The notes beneath the pieces are model-generated. The model was given only the letters and a program-made list of their open reading frames with translations. It made no database searches and had not been told where the DNA came from. DNA of 64,000 nucleotides from Lepidodermella squamata (Eukaryota > Animalia > Gastrotricha): contig JBLDXI010000042.1 of assembly GCA_047495785.1 (NCBI GenBank), forward strand, positions 2,108,001 to 2,172,000. The letters run 5' to 3'. Position 1 is the stretch's first letter. Every line of letters begins with the position of its first letter. Position numbers and translations under genes: made by a program. Below are positions 20,158 through 31,829 of the stretch, piece after piece.

Positions 20158-22431
20158 ATGATGAAAACAACTTTATCGCAATTTGCGGCATGTCTTTTCT
20201 TCTCCATCGCAAATTCAGTTCATGGGCAAAACACAAAGTTGGAGGTGTTTTTCGGCTACACCAATATTCAAGCTCTCGATCCTGCTAGTGACATTTGCCC
20301 GCATGTTCAAAAGCTGATGATCGACATGGTCAACAAGCGGAACGACATCTTGCCCGGCTACGATTTGGTTGCCAGCAATCAGGACGAAGGACCAGCGAGT
20401 GTTCTGCTAACCCAGCGAGTTATAGAGTTCTACAGGGAACCAGCGGCGAATAATTCCGTGAAATCGCCTGTTGTGTGCGCAGGAGGCTATACTGCTGGAT
20501 GCAAATCTCTGGCGCAAATTCTTCACCATTCGAATTTGGTCGGTATAGCCCCTGTTTGCTTGTCGCCCTCTTTCACTACCAATCGGGTATTGTTCCCGAA
20601 TTTCTATCGCATCCGTCCGTCCGGAGAGGCACTGGCCCTGCCTCGGCTCAACTTCATTAAAACGCTCGGCGGATGGCAAAAAATTGCGATACTAGCGAAC
20701 GCCGGCTCTACGATTGTCAACTTTCACGTTGCATCGTACTTCTACGATTTAGCGGTTAAAAATGGCTTAGAAGTTGTGCGGTACGACGCAGCTTTTGATT
20801 TGACTGACGACTTGGTATGGGGGTTGAAACATTCAGGAGCACGGGTGATAGTTTATGAAATTTCCGATCTGCCTGCGGCTATGATGTTCCTTTGCAAATG
20901 CTTTAGTTACAGTTTGACTGGACCTCGCTACGTTTTCATCATGGCTGGTAACGCCTTTGCGGATGTGAGTACAAAACCCGAATTTATCGCCCCGGAATGT
21001 ACGAAGACCATTGTCTTGCAACAGTTTAAGTCCACAGTTTTCATCGGATCAATAGGGTCGAGCTTTGGGGTGGAAAATACGGGTAAAACCAGTCTAGGCT
21101 ACGACACCAAGCAGTTTGACGAAATGCTTGACAGGGCAGTTCCCGATGCGAGAAACTTGTCCAACTACGGCAGGCGTTACCTCTGCCACGATCAGTATCT
21201 CCAAGCAATTCTAACTCTCGACGGGGCTGAGAAGATTTTGAAGACGAAGAATATGTCCCTCAGAGATTACGACAACCAGCCAGAGATAGTAATGGAGGCT
21301 GCGAATAAAAGTGCGGCTGCTATCAGGTTTGTCGGATTCAGACAGGGCGTTATCGAGTACTCGCCAAGGTTTGAACAGGATTCGGAGCCTCAGTACATCT
21401 TCCAGTGGATTCAACAGGAAAACAGGGCACGGATAAGCTACGAAATCACTCTACTGCCGAACAAAACAAACGTGAGTGATGTTTCGAGTTACGCTATTCG
21501 GAGCTTCGAACCTTACGTCTGGTACACGGAGACTAAGCAGCCCCCAGCTGATTGGCCAGGGGAAGAAATCGACGTAATTCACGTCCCAGATGCTTTCCTC
21601 ATCTTTGTATGCGCCTTGAGCGGAGTGGTGACCTTCTGGCAACTACTGGCATTAGTCTTGAATATGGATTTTCGGAGGATTATCTTTTTCCATGCATGCA
21701 TGTTACTCAACGCAGCTTCAATCCTGTTCGCGCTGAATGATCACTCAGCAGCGGTTTGTAACGCTAAGTATATGTTCCTAGTTATCGGAGGAACCGTCGT
21801 TCACTTGGTGCTTTATCGAAAGTTGGCGTCTCACGTGACCTCGAAGCGCCGCTCGACTATTTTTTCCTATGACTTCAGAACGATGGTAATTCCTAGGCTA
21901 TCGGCTAGGGTGGTTAACAGAAGGTCTAAGCGTTTGCAATTCCTGTTCGCTAATGTTGTACCTGTCCTTGTCCTAATCATTAGTTTATCCTTATTAGCTG
22001 CTTGGCTCGTCAAAAGTCCTATGGAGTCACGTTTCAGGCTTGTCCAGAGTGAATTCGTGGCTGAACGTGACATCTTTCGCCATGTCTATATTGAAATATG
22101 CGAGGCTAGCGATGCCAGGGACTTGAAATTCATGATGGCGCTGGCGGCGGTTGACCTAATTCCTGCAGGCGCGGCTGTTCTTTTATCAATTGCCATTGCT
22201 AAGGTCGAAGAGCCGGAAATCAAGCGTTACCGCATGGCCTCGCTCATCAACTTGCCCTTAGTCGTCGGTGCAATTTTCATGGTTGTAGCGTCGACGAACT
22301 ATCATGTGATCCAGCAAATCGTTGCATCTCTTGCATGTCTGGCTATTTCGATTCTGACCAGTGTGTTTGTACTTTTCTCAGATAAAGCTGTGGCGATTGC
22401 CCGTCGATCAGCTACATTATTCATAAAGTGA
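20158..22431 (+). CDS. Orphan class C GPCR, family B copy 2, 757 aa
   Basis: Identical to 9804-12077 except for an A-to-V change in TM1 (nt 21608). Confidence 0.9.
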   Translation: MMKTTLSQFAACLFFSIANSVHGQNTKLEVFFGYTNIQALDPASDICPHVQKLMIDMVNKRNDILPGYDLVASNQDEGPASVLLTQRVIEFYREPAANNSVKSPVVCAGGYTAGCKSLAQILHHSNLVGIAPVCLSPSFTTNRVLFPNFYRIRPSGEALALPRLNFIKTLGGWQKIAILANAGSTIVNFHVASYFYDLAVKNGLEVVRYDAAFDLTDDLVWGLKHSGARVIVYEISDLPAAMMFLCKCFSYSLTGPRYVFIMAGNAFADVSTKPEFIAPECTKTIVLQQFKSTVFIGSIGSSFGVENTGKTSLGYDTKQFDEMLDRAVPDARNLSNYGRRYLCHDQYLQAILTLDGAEKILKTKNMSLRDYDNQPEIVMEAANKSAAAIRFVGFRQGVIEYSPRFEQDSEPQYIFQWIQQENRARISYEITLLPNKTNVSDVSSYAIRSFEPYVWYTETKQPPADWPGEEIDVIHVPDAFLIFVCALSGVVTFWQLLALVLNMDFRRIIFFHACMLLNAASILFALNDHSAAVCNAKYMFLVIGGTVVHLVLYRKLASHVTSKRRSTIFSYDFRTMVIPRLSARVVNRRSKRLQFLFANVVPVLVLIISLSLLAAWLVKSPMESRFRLVQSEFVAERDIFRHVYIEICEASDARDLKFMMALAAVDLIPAGAAVLLSIAIAKVEEPEIKRYRMASLINLPLVVGAIFMVVASTNYHVIQQIVASLACLAISILTSVFVLFSDKAVAIARRSATLFIK

Positions 22432-22533
22432 AAGGGATTTTAATTTTTATCAAAATATATCTGTAGCGATAAAGCCGTAGTGATCTTCCGTCAACTGCAA
22501 TCGTTCGTTGCAATCATGAAGTGAAATGTCATC

Positions 22534-23394
22534 GGGGCAGTTGATCGACGGTTTTTTATGTTAAATTCTTATTTATCAGACGAGCTTTCTTTAAGGTTTA
22601 TTCAATCTTAAAACAGTGATAATAAAAGTAAAAAATTCTTTTACGTGCGTAATACAACAATTTTCAAGTTACGTAATTTATGTTTCTTAATAATATAAAA
22701 GGATGGTTAACAGAGAGATATCAGGCCTATATAGAGCACCCCGCCCTAATTTCGGCCGCTTTTCAGGTTTTTCCTACTTTGCCAGCCAGGTGAATTTTTA
22801 GAAAATATTCGGCAAAAGCAGAATTAAAGAGGAGTTCTTAGGGTATCGAATGCCGCTTTCCGCAAGTCCGGACGATTTTACCTTGATTTATGGCTAATTT
22901 TTTAGTCACCCAGACACCCGGCCGGAATTAGGAAGCGGGGTGCCCTAATTTCGGCCACCTCATCCAGGTACATTAATTCCATAAGTTTGGTATCGTTAGA
23001 TTTGTCTCAAAAAGCTGACTATAAAAACCGCCTTTGTTGCTCCACCTGTGAACCTTTCCTTGACGACGTGATGCCTGAAACTCAAACTTGTTTTGACAGG
23101 TACACGTTTGATAACTTGTTTTCTACCCAATAGCCTAACTGCGTTTGACTTTCTAAAATTCTTGAGAAATATCTAAAAAATTCCTTTGCTTCTGTAGAAT
23201 GAGAGTATCGATTTTGTTTTCCCGCTGAAATTGAGGTTTTTTATTGAGGTGAAATCAGCAAATTTTAAAGAGCTAGTTTCAGGTCAATTATACCTGCAAA
23301 GTAGCGGTAACAGAGCACTCGAGAAGCGACTTAACCCGCTCGCTCGCATTTAGAATTAGAATTTAGAATTTAGAAACCGTCGATCAACTGCCCC
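22534..23394. mobile_element. Duplicate of the 21-bp-TIR MITE
   Basis: Copy of 12180-13040. Confidence 0.7.
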
Positions 23395-23823
23395 ATTGAT
23401 TTTTTCCCCAAAATAAATCTGTAACTTTGCAGATAAAGATGGTTTTAAAGGAAGCTAAATACAGCATGTCGCATGTCTAAAAATGTTTACAATATACAAT
23501 GATTTATGCACGCAATGTTTCAATGGGCGCAAGCGAATCCCATTCCCATGGTTTTGTACGTGCAAATAATTTTAACTACTGAAATACCTGAACAAAAAAG
23601 TCTGTAATGACCACGTGTAGGTATATTATATCATCACAGATGTGTTGAATACCAGCGCATTGCGTTTAAAGTGTAAACCTAGAATTATATATCATGAAAT
23701 TAATCATCTTTCGATTTAGGAGTATGTTTGAAGGTTGGAAATAAGCTGTTAGCTGTAAGCTGTTATATAAAGGTATAAAAGGAGCCACTGTCACATGCTG
23801 CTTTCTATCCTTAAAATTTTCAA

Positions 23824-24386
23824 ATGACTTTCCTCACAATGTATATATTAATTATTACAGTGGCTGTTGTAGCTATAACTCAGCCTATGAATGCCAATCC
23901 TGCACATGTCCTTGTTGGTCTAGAATCGCCAACTGCTATTCCACAGCCGGCGGTCACCATTGCAGCTCCGAATCAATCACGCAACAGATGGAATTTATCT
24001 GGTAAGATGTTGAGCGTTCAAAGTTCAAGATTTTCTAATTCAGTCTTTTCTAAATAGCCGAGAAAGCGCGAACGCTGAAACAATTAATCTTACTGCAGAA
24101 CAAAATTACTGAGCGAGAAATCGTGTGCAAACTTCGCTTAAGACAATGCATTGCTACCTTGGGGTCGCTTGCCGTATGCGAGAACATGGTGACATTCTAC
24201 ATGTGGGCGAATCGTGTTGTAGAAGACATAATGTCTGGCAAGAATGACGAAGAAATCTTTCCTAAGCTACATCTCATGCCTCCGAAGGGCTATGTGGCCA
24301 GGCCATGCCAAGATTGGTCAATGGATAACGGGAAATTATTAAAAGATGTGGTAGAAACGATTCAGAAAACGAGGAGTTCACCCTAG
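23824..24386 (+). CDS. Family S member B, second copy
   Basis: Identical to 13470-14032. Confidence 0.8.
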
Positions 24387-24785
24387 TTATAGCCGTCTGC
24401 TGTTCTTCCTCTGAATGTTCGTGGTTCGAAGTCACAGCGCGATTGTAAGTGAGCATAGCCACACTAGTAAAAATAAGTTATTAGCTAGCCGCTAGCTAGC
24501 TCACTGCTTCAGCACTATGTATAAGGTGGGATATCTAGCGCGCAATGAAAAGTTACTAGCTAACGGATCAAGTTGCTAAATAGCGCAACGCTTAGGCACG
24601 AATATCGACAAGCTACTATCCTAGATCCTAGCTAAGATATAAGTTAACATGAAACGCGACGCGGCCAGCAGCCAAGGATCGCTCTATGAACTGGTTTTTC
24701 GCTTTTATTTCTGTAACAAAGTAAGTAACAGTTATTTGATAATTGCAGAATTCTAATTCACTTGCCTGTTTTTATATCTTCCAAT

Positions 24786-24880
24786 TCTTCCGCACTTCAT
24801 TCGGCACCAAATTTGGCACTAATTCGGCACCTTGTTCCGCACTTCATTCGGCACTTTTCCGCACCTCTATTCCGCACCTC
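24786..24880. repeat. Cluster of TT(C/T)(C/G)GCAC motifs with ~11-bp spacing (also at 14432-14526)
   Basis: About 9 copies of ttccgcac/ttcggcac-like motifs downstream of the recombinase gene. Confidence 0.7.
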
Positions 24881-25267
24881 TATGACGCGAAAAGGTTGAA
24901 AAATGAGTGTCGTGTTCAATTGTTTTCTTCGAGTAAAACACAAAATGTTCATTGCTTAATTTTTATTTGGATACCATCGCTTCACGGAGGCGATTTCATC
25001 GGTCAAAAAATGCTCCAAATCAAATCAAACCAGGTATAAGAATAACCCATAGAAATGTATAAATTTTGATTGTAGCAAGATGTAAATTTGCAATCACTAC
25101 ATAATATTTAATCGATACCTCATGAGCAAGTACAGACTAAGATAAACTGCATCAATCAGTGTATAATGTCAAATCGAGGCAAGTTTTCAAAAAATCAAAT
25201 AAATCAGCAATCAGTAAGAAGAACCGGAATAACTGCATCAGATCAAGAAAGAATGTTGAGAAAAATG

Positions 25268-27570
25268 TTAATTCGAGTCACTGATGTATTTTGTCTCAGA
25301 TTCCGACGAGCTAATGTAGATGGTCTCGCTGTCGTATTCATCATCGATAGGCGCATTCGAGCTCGCGAGTTTGACAGTCCATTTCCGCTCCTGATCCAAC
25401 AGGATTGTTTTCAGCATGTCGCTGAACTCAACCGCCTGATCGGCAGTCATTAGCACATAATGACTCAAAGCAGTCTCGCGGCTATTGCAAAGAAATTAGC
25501 CCAAATAAGTTCAACGTTTTTGAATTACCTGTGGCCTGCACCTTTGTTGAACTTCAAATGGCATTTGGCAACTTCGGCAGCAATCCTCTCGTAAAACGTT
25601 TCCGCCGTTTTTCGCAACGAATTGAAGGTGAAGAAAACTTCCGGAAGCTTGGCTATTTCTCTCCAATGATTCCAATAATTTTGCATAATATCCAAGATAT
25701 TATCGGCGGGCTTTCCATCCATGCGGAGAAACAAGGTTGAGGGAAAAGGCCTTGGGTAGCCGGCCAGGGGACGCCAAAATTTGATGTAGTTATCAATCAG
25801 CTTCTTGACCAGAGCGGGGAATACAACGAATCCGGCATTATTTCTTTCCGCTTTACAACCTAAGATTGATAATAGACCGATTATAAAGGAATGCCGAGAA
25901 ATTTATGAGCTAACCGAAAACACGCACGACGTAGACTACTTGGCCTGCCTCATTGTATCGACGGAACGCGCCTTGGAATTCCTCTAGCTTCATCTTGAAG
26001 AATGAGGATGGACGAATGATCGAATATAAGCATATTTGAGTCATGATATACGCAAACAATTGCTCAATCATGTCCTCTGTGAAGCCGCTGTGGAATTTGA
26101 TGTTATCGAAAGCTTTATTAAGACCCATGCCGTTTGCGAAGCCAAGGAAATACGAAAACATAGATAGATCCATGAGCGTTGGTAATTTTCCGCGGGCGAA
26201 GGCGTCAGAATCCATTTTCTTTTTAACAACACGCTCACTTATCAAACCTCCCTGATAAACAAAAATTAATAAAATATACACATATTAAATGGGGTCAAGG
26301 CATGACAATGTTACCTGATAATTGCCTCAAGCGTTTTTCCAGAGCACGATGGATTCTTCAATATCGCTTTTCTCACCTTGAGTGAGACTCTTCTTCTTCG
26401 TGAGCTTCAAGTACTCAAGAAATTCGATGATGCTCAGAACTGAAGCATATCGAGAGGAGTTCCTAACATTCTTCTCATCAAGTTTTTTTGTTACCATCTC
26501 CATCTTCGACTCATCCAAGAAGTCCTTCCAGGAAGTTATTCCACAAAGGCGAATCACACCGATCAGACTTTTAACTTTACCATCCTTAGTTGAGGATTTC
26601 AACTGATTCCGTCCACTGAATGGATTCTGAAGCCAAGTTTTGTATTTCTCAACCTCAAGCTCGAGCTCAAATCGACTTGAAAAACTAAGCCAGTTTGAGG
26701 AAGAACGGTTTTGTCAATTGAAAGAGCCACAGGAATTGTGTTGGAATCGATGTTATCCAATACTTGAGACTGCATAGTTGTCCGGTTCTCCGCTGGATTG
26801 TCCACAAATGTGGGCGTACAGTCGTCTTCCAATGTAAGATCAGTCAATTTCTCACATGAACCAGAGTTCGAGTTAGCTGCAGACTCCTTAATCTTCTCAG
26901 TTGGAAAATTAGTATCTCCAGTTTTCAGCCGCTTGGGCTCAGCCTTCAGACGTTGGTAATAATCGTCAATCGCCTGTTGCCTTTTCCTCGGGGAAACCTC
27001 GCGAGCTTGGTCACAATGGTATACAACATGGCTACGGAAGTAGCTACTGTCTTTGGTTGTACCACAAAACATGCATTGGTGCGATTTCCTCCGTTTCTTT
27101 TCAGTGTTTCCGTTTCCGCAAAACCGGCCCTTGCCGTCCCGCTGAACACTCTTAGCTTCTTGACTGATATTCCTTTCGTCGGCCATGAAAGCACCGAGTC
27201 CGGCAAGATAGGCTTCAACGATGGGCCACGCTTTCGATAGTTCACCTTTCGGGCCGTAGAGTGCAATTTCTTTTCTCTTCAAACTAAATGTCACCTTGCA
27301 TTCGGTGAGCATCTCGCGTAGATCTGCCGGCTTAAGGTGGCTGGAAACGCAATCAGGAATCGGTACAATTCTCGTAAGAGTGAATGAACTGTTTTTCCTA
27401 ATCAGTTGTCTCGCGTTTTTAATAGCCGTATCAGAACCAGTGAAAATCAGCTGACCACTTAAAAAAAAGACTGAATCCAGTTTACACGACTCTCGAATGA
27501 ATTCGATAACATCATCAGAGACCGTTAGGACATCAGGAACTTCTTGTCGAAAGGAACGTCGAAATCCAAA
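25268..27570 (-). mobile_element. Spliced tyrosine recombinase gene (Crypton-like, RT-less) with N-terminal KH-like repeats and zinc finger; one in-frame stop
   Basis: Exons ..26315, 26251-25915, 25859-25529 and 25481-25268 join in frame through GT-AG introns. Catalytic set IIRP, GCKA, NSLRKTAET, GHSRETALSHY. TGA at 26329-26327. Upstream CMFC...HVVYHC. The 5' structure is unresolved. Confidence 0.8.
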
Positions 27571-27644
27571 ATGTCAATTAATTATAATTATCTAAGATTA
27601 TGGTAAAAATTTCCATAAAAGTTGTAGTCACATTTGAAATTGAA

Positions 27645-27845
27645 TTAAATAGTCATCATCCTTCTAAAGACGCAAACGGGCTCGCGATTTCGAAAAACAT
27701 CACGGAAGTCAATGTTCATCAAGTAAATCACCTTGAGAAAACTGACGAGATTCATCGGTTGACCCGTACACATGAGAAGAGTTTTCGCTTTCTTGAGTAT
27801 ATCTAACTCGCCGAGGCTGTATCGCACGCCCACTACACCAGGCAT
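27645..27845 (-). CDS. Small Myb/SANT-like protein, paralog 1
   Basis: GVRYSLGELDILKKAK...VFRNREP aligns without gaps to the 27999-28268 product. The Myb-like call is pattern-level only. Confidence 0.55.
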   Translation of the reverse strand: MPGVVGVRYSLGELDILKKAKTLLMCTGQPMNLVSFLKVIYLMNIDFRDVFRNREPVCVFRRMMTI

Positions 27846-27998
27846 TTTCTGTCGGTAAGATTATATCACTGAATGCAATCTAGAATTCATGTAAACAACT
27901 AAGATAAAAAATGCATTTTAATAACGAAAAATGAAACAATGTGTTGAGATTTCTGTCAATGCAGGGTGATAACAATTCATGAAGAAAAATATTAAGCC

Positions 27999-28268
27999 TC
28001 AGATTGTAAGCAGCTTGGTAATTAAGTTTTTCGGTTCCCGGTCACCAAAGACGGCGTCATAATCGATTTTCATAGCAACCAATATGTTGCACAAGTTAAC
28101 CTCGTTAAGAGATTTGTTCTGATGAAGCAGAATTGCTTTAGCTTTTTTGAGGACCATTAGTTCGTCATCGTTATAGCGGGCGCCTTTTTTGCCCGCTATA
28201 GTGGTGTTCATCGATTGTGCCAGCTGAGCTAAACTCGGCGACGAATATGCGGCGCTTCTGAACAACAT
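27999..28268 (-). CDS. Small Myb/SANT-like protein, paralog 2
   Basis: GARYNDDELMVLKKAK...VFGDREPKNLITKLLTI*, with the same C-terminal end as paralog 1. Confidence 0.55.
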   Translation of the reverse strand: MLFRSAAYSSPSLAQLAQSMNTTIAGKKGARYNDDELMVLKKAKAILLHQNKSLNEVNLCNILVAMKIDYDAVFGDREPKNLITKLLTI

Positions 28269-28434
28269 CTTAACAACAATCGAAATATTACCGATATATT
28301 ACCTTGCAGTTGCCGAGAGTCCTGATGTCAGTGGGAACGGGTCGTTTAAGTTAGCAAAGGTCTGATCTATTAGGTTCCCTGTAGGACTGTTCTTAACACT
28401 TTAACTGCCCAAATAAGGGTCGAAAAACGACATT

Positions 28435-28549
28435 TAGATCCAAATATTGGATCCAGAATTTAGATCCAGATTCTGGCTCTAAGAATTGGATCTAAATATC
28501 AGACCCAGATTCTGGATCCAGATTTTGGATCCAAGAATTAGATCCAGTT
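28435..28549. repeat. 12-bp degenerate tandem repeat (TGGATCCAGATT-like)
   Basis: About 9-10 units, mostly containing GATCC. Confidence 0.8.
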
Positions 28550-31500
28550 TTTAGAGCTGTCATTATTTTCGCTATATTTTAACGCATTTTCAAAGCGGCT
28601 CGATATCCTTGTAGGAAAATGAGGATTACCAACAAGCTCCGAGTGACAATTTGACACCAGGCCGACGCCAGGAGAGGAAGAAAACCAGTCTATTCGCTCT
28701 CTATAGCCAGAGATAGCCCGAATTATCACTCTTTTTAACTCACAATTTATTTAACCTATTAGCTGTAACACAAATTACGCTAGAAGTGAACTGAAGTGAC
28801 AAGGTTCTTGCTTTTAAGGGTGGACTTCTACCTATATGAAAATATTTGTAAATAAGTCAGAAAAGAGGTTTGTTTCAATATATGAGTGTATATGTGATAT
28901 AACGGTTAGCCGTTTATAACCCGATTTAACATTCTTCATGATCAATTGTGATTAAGTAGCTCAGCGCTCAGCGGATTATCAGTATCCAACGCGAAAGGTT
29001 CCCTCGACAGCTTGAACCATGATTCTGCGGTAAGTGGGTCAGTAGGGCGAGAACAGAAAGGCAGAACATACCTATGCCAATTATTATCGACGCCTAATTT
29101 TATTAAATATGACCTGGAGTCTTCTTTCCGACAAATGCCTAATTTCTTCCAAGTCAATGTATCGTTGCTCAGGGGGGCTTCAATTTAAGATGAGCTACAA
29201 ATCACGAATGTGCTAGTATTTGAACATTTACGTGTTAGTCACATTTGCTTATTCGGTAAAAATAGAGCGCATACGTAGCGTAAGGTTTTTTACCAAACGT
29301 GAGCGGGTCAGGGGCCAGGCAATGTGCTACTAGTCGCAGGCCAATCGCAGGCCAAAAGTTGTCATGTCGAACATGCTAAAAAACAGTACGAATTGCATGT
29401 GCACGGGAGACATTTCATAAGATGATAGACAGGTGATAGACGACTGATGACGCCATGTCACAAGAGTTAGCATGTTGTGCGTCGAAGTCGTGCGCACAAC
29501 TGCACGCAGCATGCAGTGGCAACACTGCACATTTTCTAGTGGCACACCTTAATCCTGCTGAAAATGGGGTTTATTTTTTATCACTCCCTACTGATGCCTT
29601 TTGACGATCTGTGGACCGACTGAACGAGGGAGTTCCCCGTCACTCTCATTTTTTATTGATACTTACTAATCCTCCTTGCACAAACATACACACCTGCGGC
29701 AATCTTGAACACGCCTTTTACATCTTCAGTAATAAGAATAAGCTATAATCGATGGTTGTGAGACAGTTGGATAGTCTGTTTTTATTACGTACACCACTAT
29801 CCTCCTTGACGACACACCTAACAACGGAATACAGCCTGCATCGGGTAACTGTGACTACACCGTTATCCTTTTTTAGGTACCCCACTATCCTCCTTGACGA
29901 CCGACAGACCGACAGACCGAACAGGACCTACGACAACGGGAGTTTCCCGTCATAATCTCAGTATGTGCTATGTGCTACTATCATTTGATTGCTTGACGTG
30001 GATAATGGACTTGCCCATCTACGCTTAGACCTGATTCTGGTTAGTATACCCTGACTTATCACGAAAATGCCTCGCATAATACGCAGCTTCCAGTACTAGA
30101 ACTCGAAACCTTTACCAAGTAAAAATCCTAATTTTCACACAATACAACGCATCCATCGCCATCTGCTGAGCCCTGCCACTAAGATTGAACGTACGTGAAA
30201 TCAGTGCCATCGCCCCATTTGATCACGTCGTTCTGCTTGGAGAGGCTGATCCACGCAGATCCCGATTTACCCCCCAGCCCCCAGCGCTAGTCTGACAGCC
30301 GCGAACTCAGCGTCCGATCTGATCGTAGGCTTCGCTGGCTGTTAAAGTCTAACGAAAAATACCTCTTGGTCGCAATCTGGCAGCTGGCCTGTCCAGCGAA
30401 TTCCCAATTAGCCGTTAGCCGGAATTCAAAGTTCAGTAGCCGCATCGCAACCAGCTGATAATTTCAACTTCCTTACATTTTTCAAGAAATGATTGATTTC
30501 GCCCGCATTTTATTGGTTTTGATTTATAAAGTACCCGAACAATTCGAAACCATGAGCCTGATTGACCGAGTCCCTGAAAACTGCTATATGGTGGTCTCTA
30601 CGACTTAGAACTGAGGCATGAATCCATTCAAAGGAATGAAATCGCGGTATTTGAATGAACATTTCGGTTTAAGGAAAGATGCGTAAATTCATTAGACACG
30701 GGTTGCTGCAACAGATGGTTCTAAGAACGCAACACGCCGCCAAGGTATTGTATTTGCAGTACATTCGGGCATTCTAAATACTAAATACACGAAGCGCATG
30801 GAAATTTCTTAGAAATGCCGTAGCACAAAAAACAGACCCCAGTGTTGCAGATGCCGCGGTTGCTCCTGCGGTTCTATAAGACTAATCTGCAGCACCAGTT
30901 CAGCAACGCCAACTCCGTACGTTCAACTCTGCAAATCAAATTTTGAAAGGAATAAATTATAGATAAGTAAATCATTATTTAGAATTGGTGGATTTGCGTT
31001 TGACACTAAAATTATTTTTTTTGAATTCATTTTGCGGAGTTTTGAGACTGAAGAGTCCAGTTCGAATTAGTCAATTTCCTGAACTATATTGCACTAAATA
31101 GTGTGATGAATTATTCCACGCTCCTCCCTCAATATTTAATTTCAGCGAATATTCAGCTGCATCTTCGAGTGGTCACTTCAAGGTGAAACCATTGCAGCAG
31201 CTGTTACAAAAAAATAATATATTATATCAATTTGTTTTTATTATTTATCCGGAATTTATTATTTTTATTATTTGTTATTGATTCATGGCATAGACGCAGC
31301 TCCCAGTACATCTGTGCCTATGATAAGTATAATCAATAGCCGACGCTACTCACGCGCTCGCCGGCTGACCTTCACACTTCACACACAAAACATACGCGGC
31401 CACATATTCGCGTACATTCATGTTTGCGTGCGCGCAAAAACAAAGCCTGGCGATAGCGTGGCATCGGTCAGTATAAAGGCTACATTCTACATACATTTCT

Positions 31501-31829
31501 ATATTCTATTCTATGTTATAGTAAATACGCTTAGACATTGTTTAGAAACTCCTTGTCCACAAATTTTGACATGGTAGATCTTAGTGAGAATTATGGCATA
31601 CTGTCGTATCCCATTCAAAATTCAAACTGAATCGCTCAAACTCATTTTTGAAATTTTTCCAAAAATAAATCGCTCCAATAATTATTAAGTCGAGACAGTG
31701 ATTAGGTTTTTTAATCTTTTTTCTTCTCTGATTTCTTCTCATCTGGTTTTTCGTTACATTTATTTGCAACCAGTTTTGTATCATCGATTCTTGAATTTCT
31801 CGTATTTTAAAGAATTGTGTACTCAAATC

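Larger units (their letters stand above)
19468..25975 (+). repeat. Near-identical duplicated block, copy 2
   Basis: Matches 9114-15621. Confidence 0.95.

Noticed and set aside
26327-26329. Alternative genetic code or readthrough at the TGA in the recombinase
   Set aside because: TGA is an ordinary stop in other genes here (e.g. 12075, 45602); a nonsense mutation is simpler.
28435-28549. Possible CRISPR-like array
   Set aside because: Contiguous degenerate 12-mers with no unique spacers, in a eukaryotic context.
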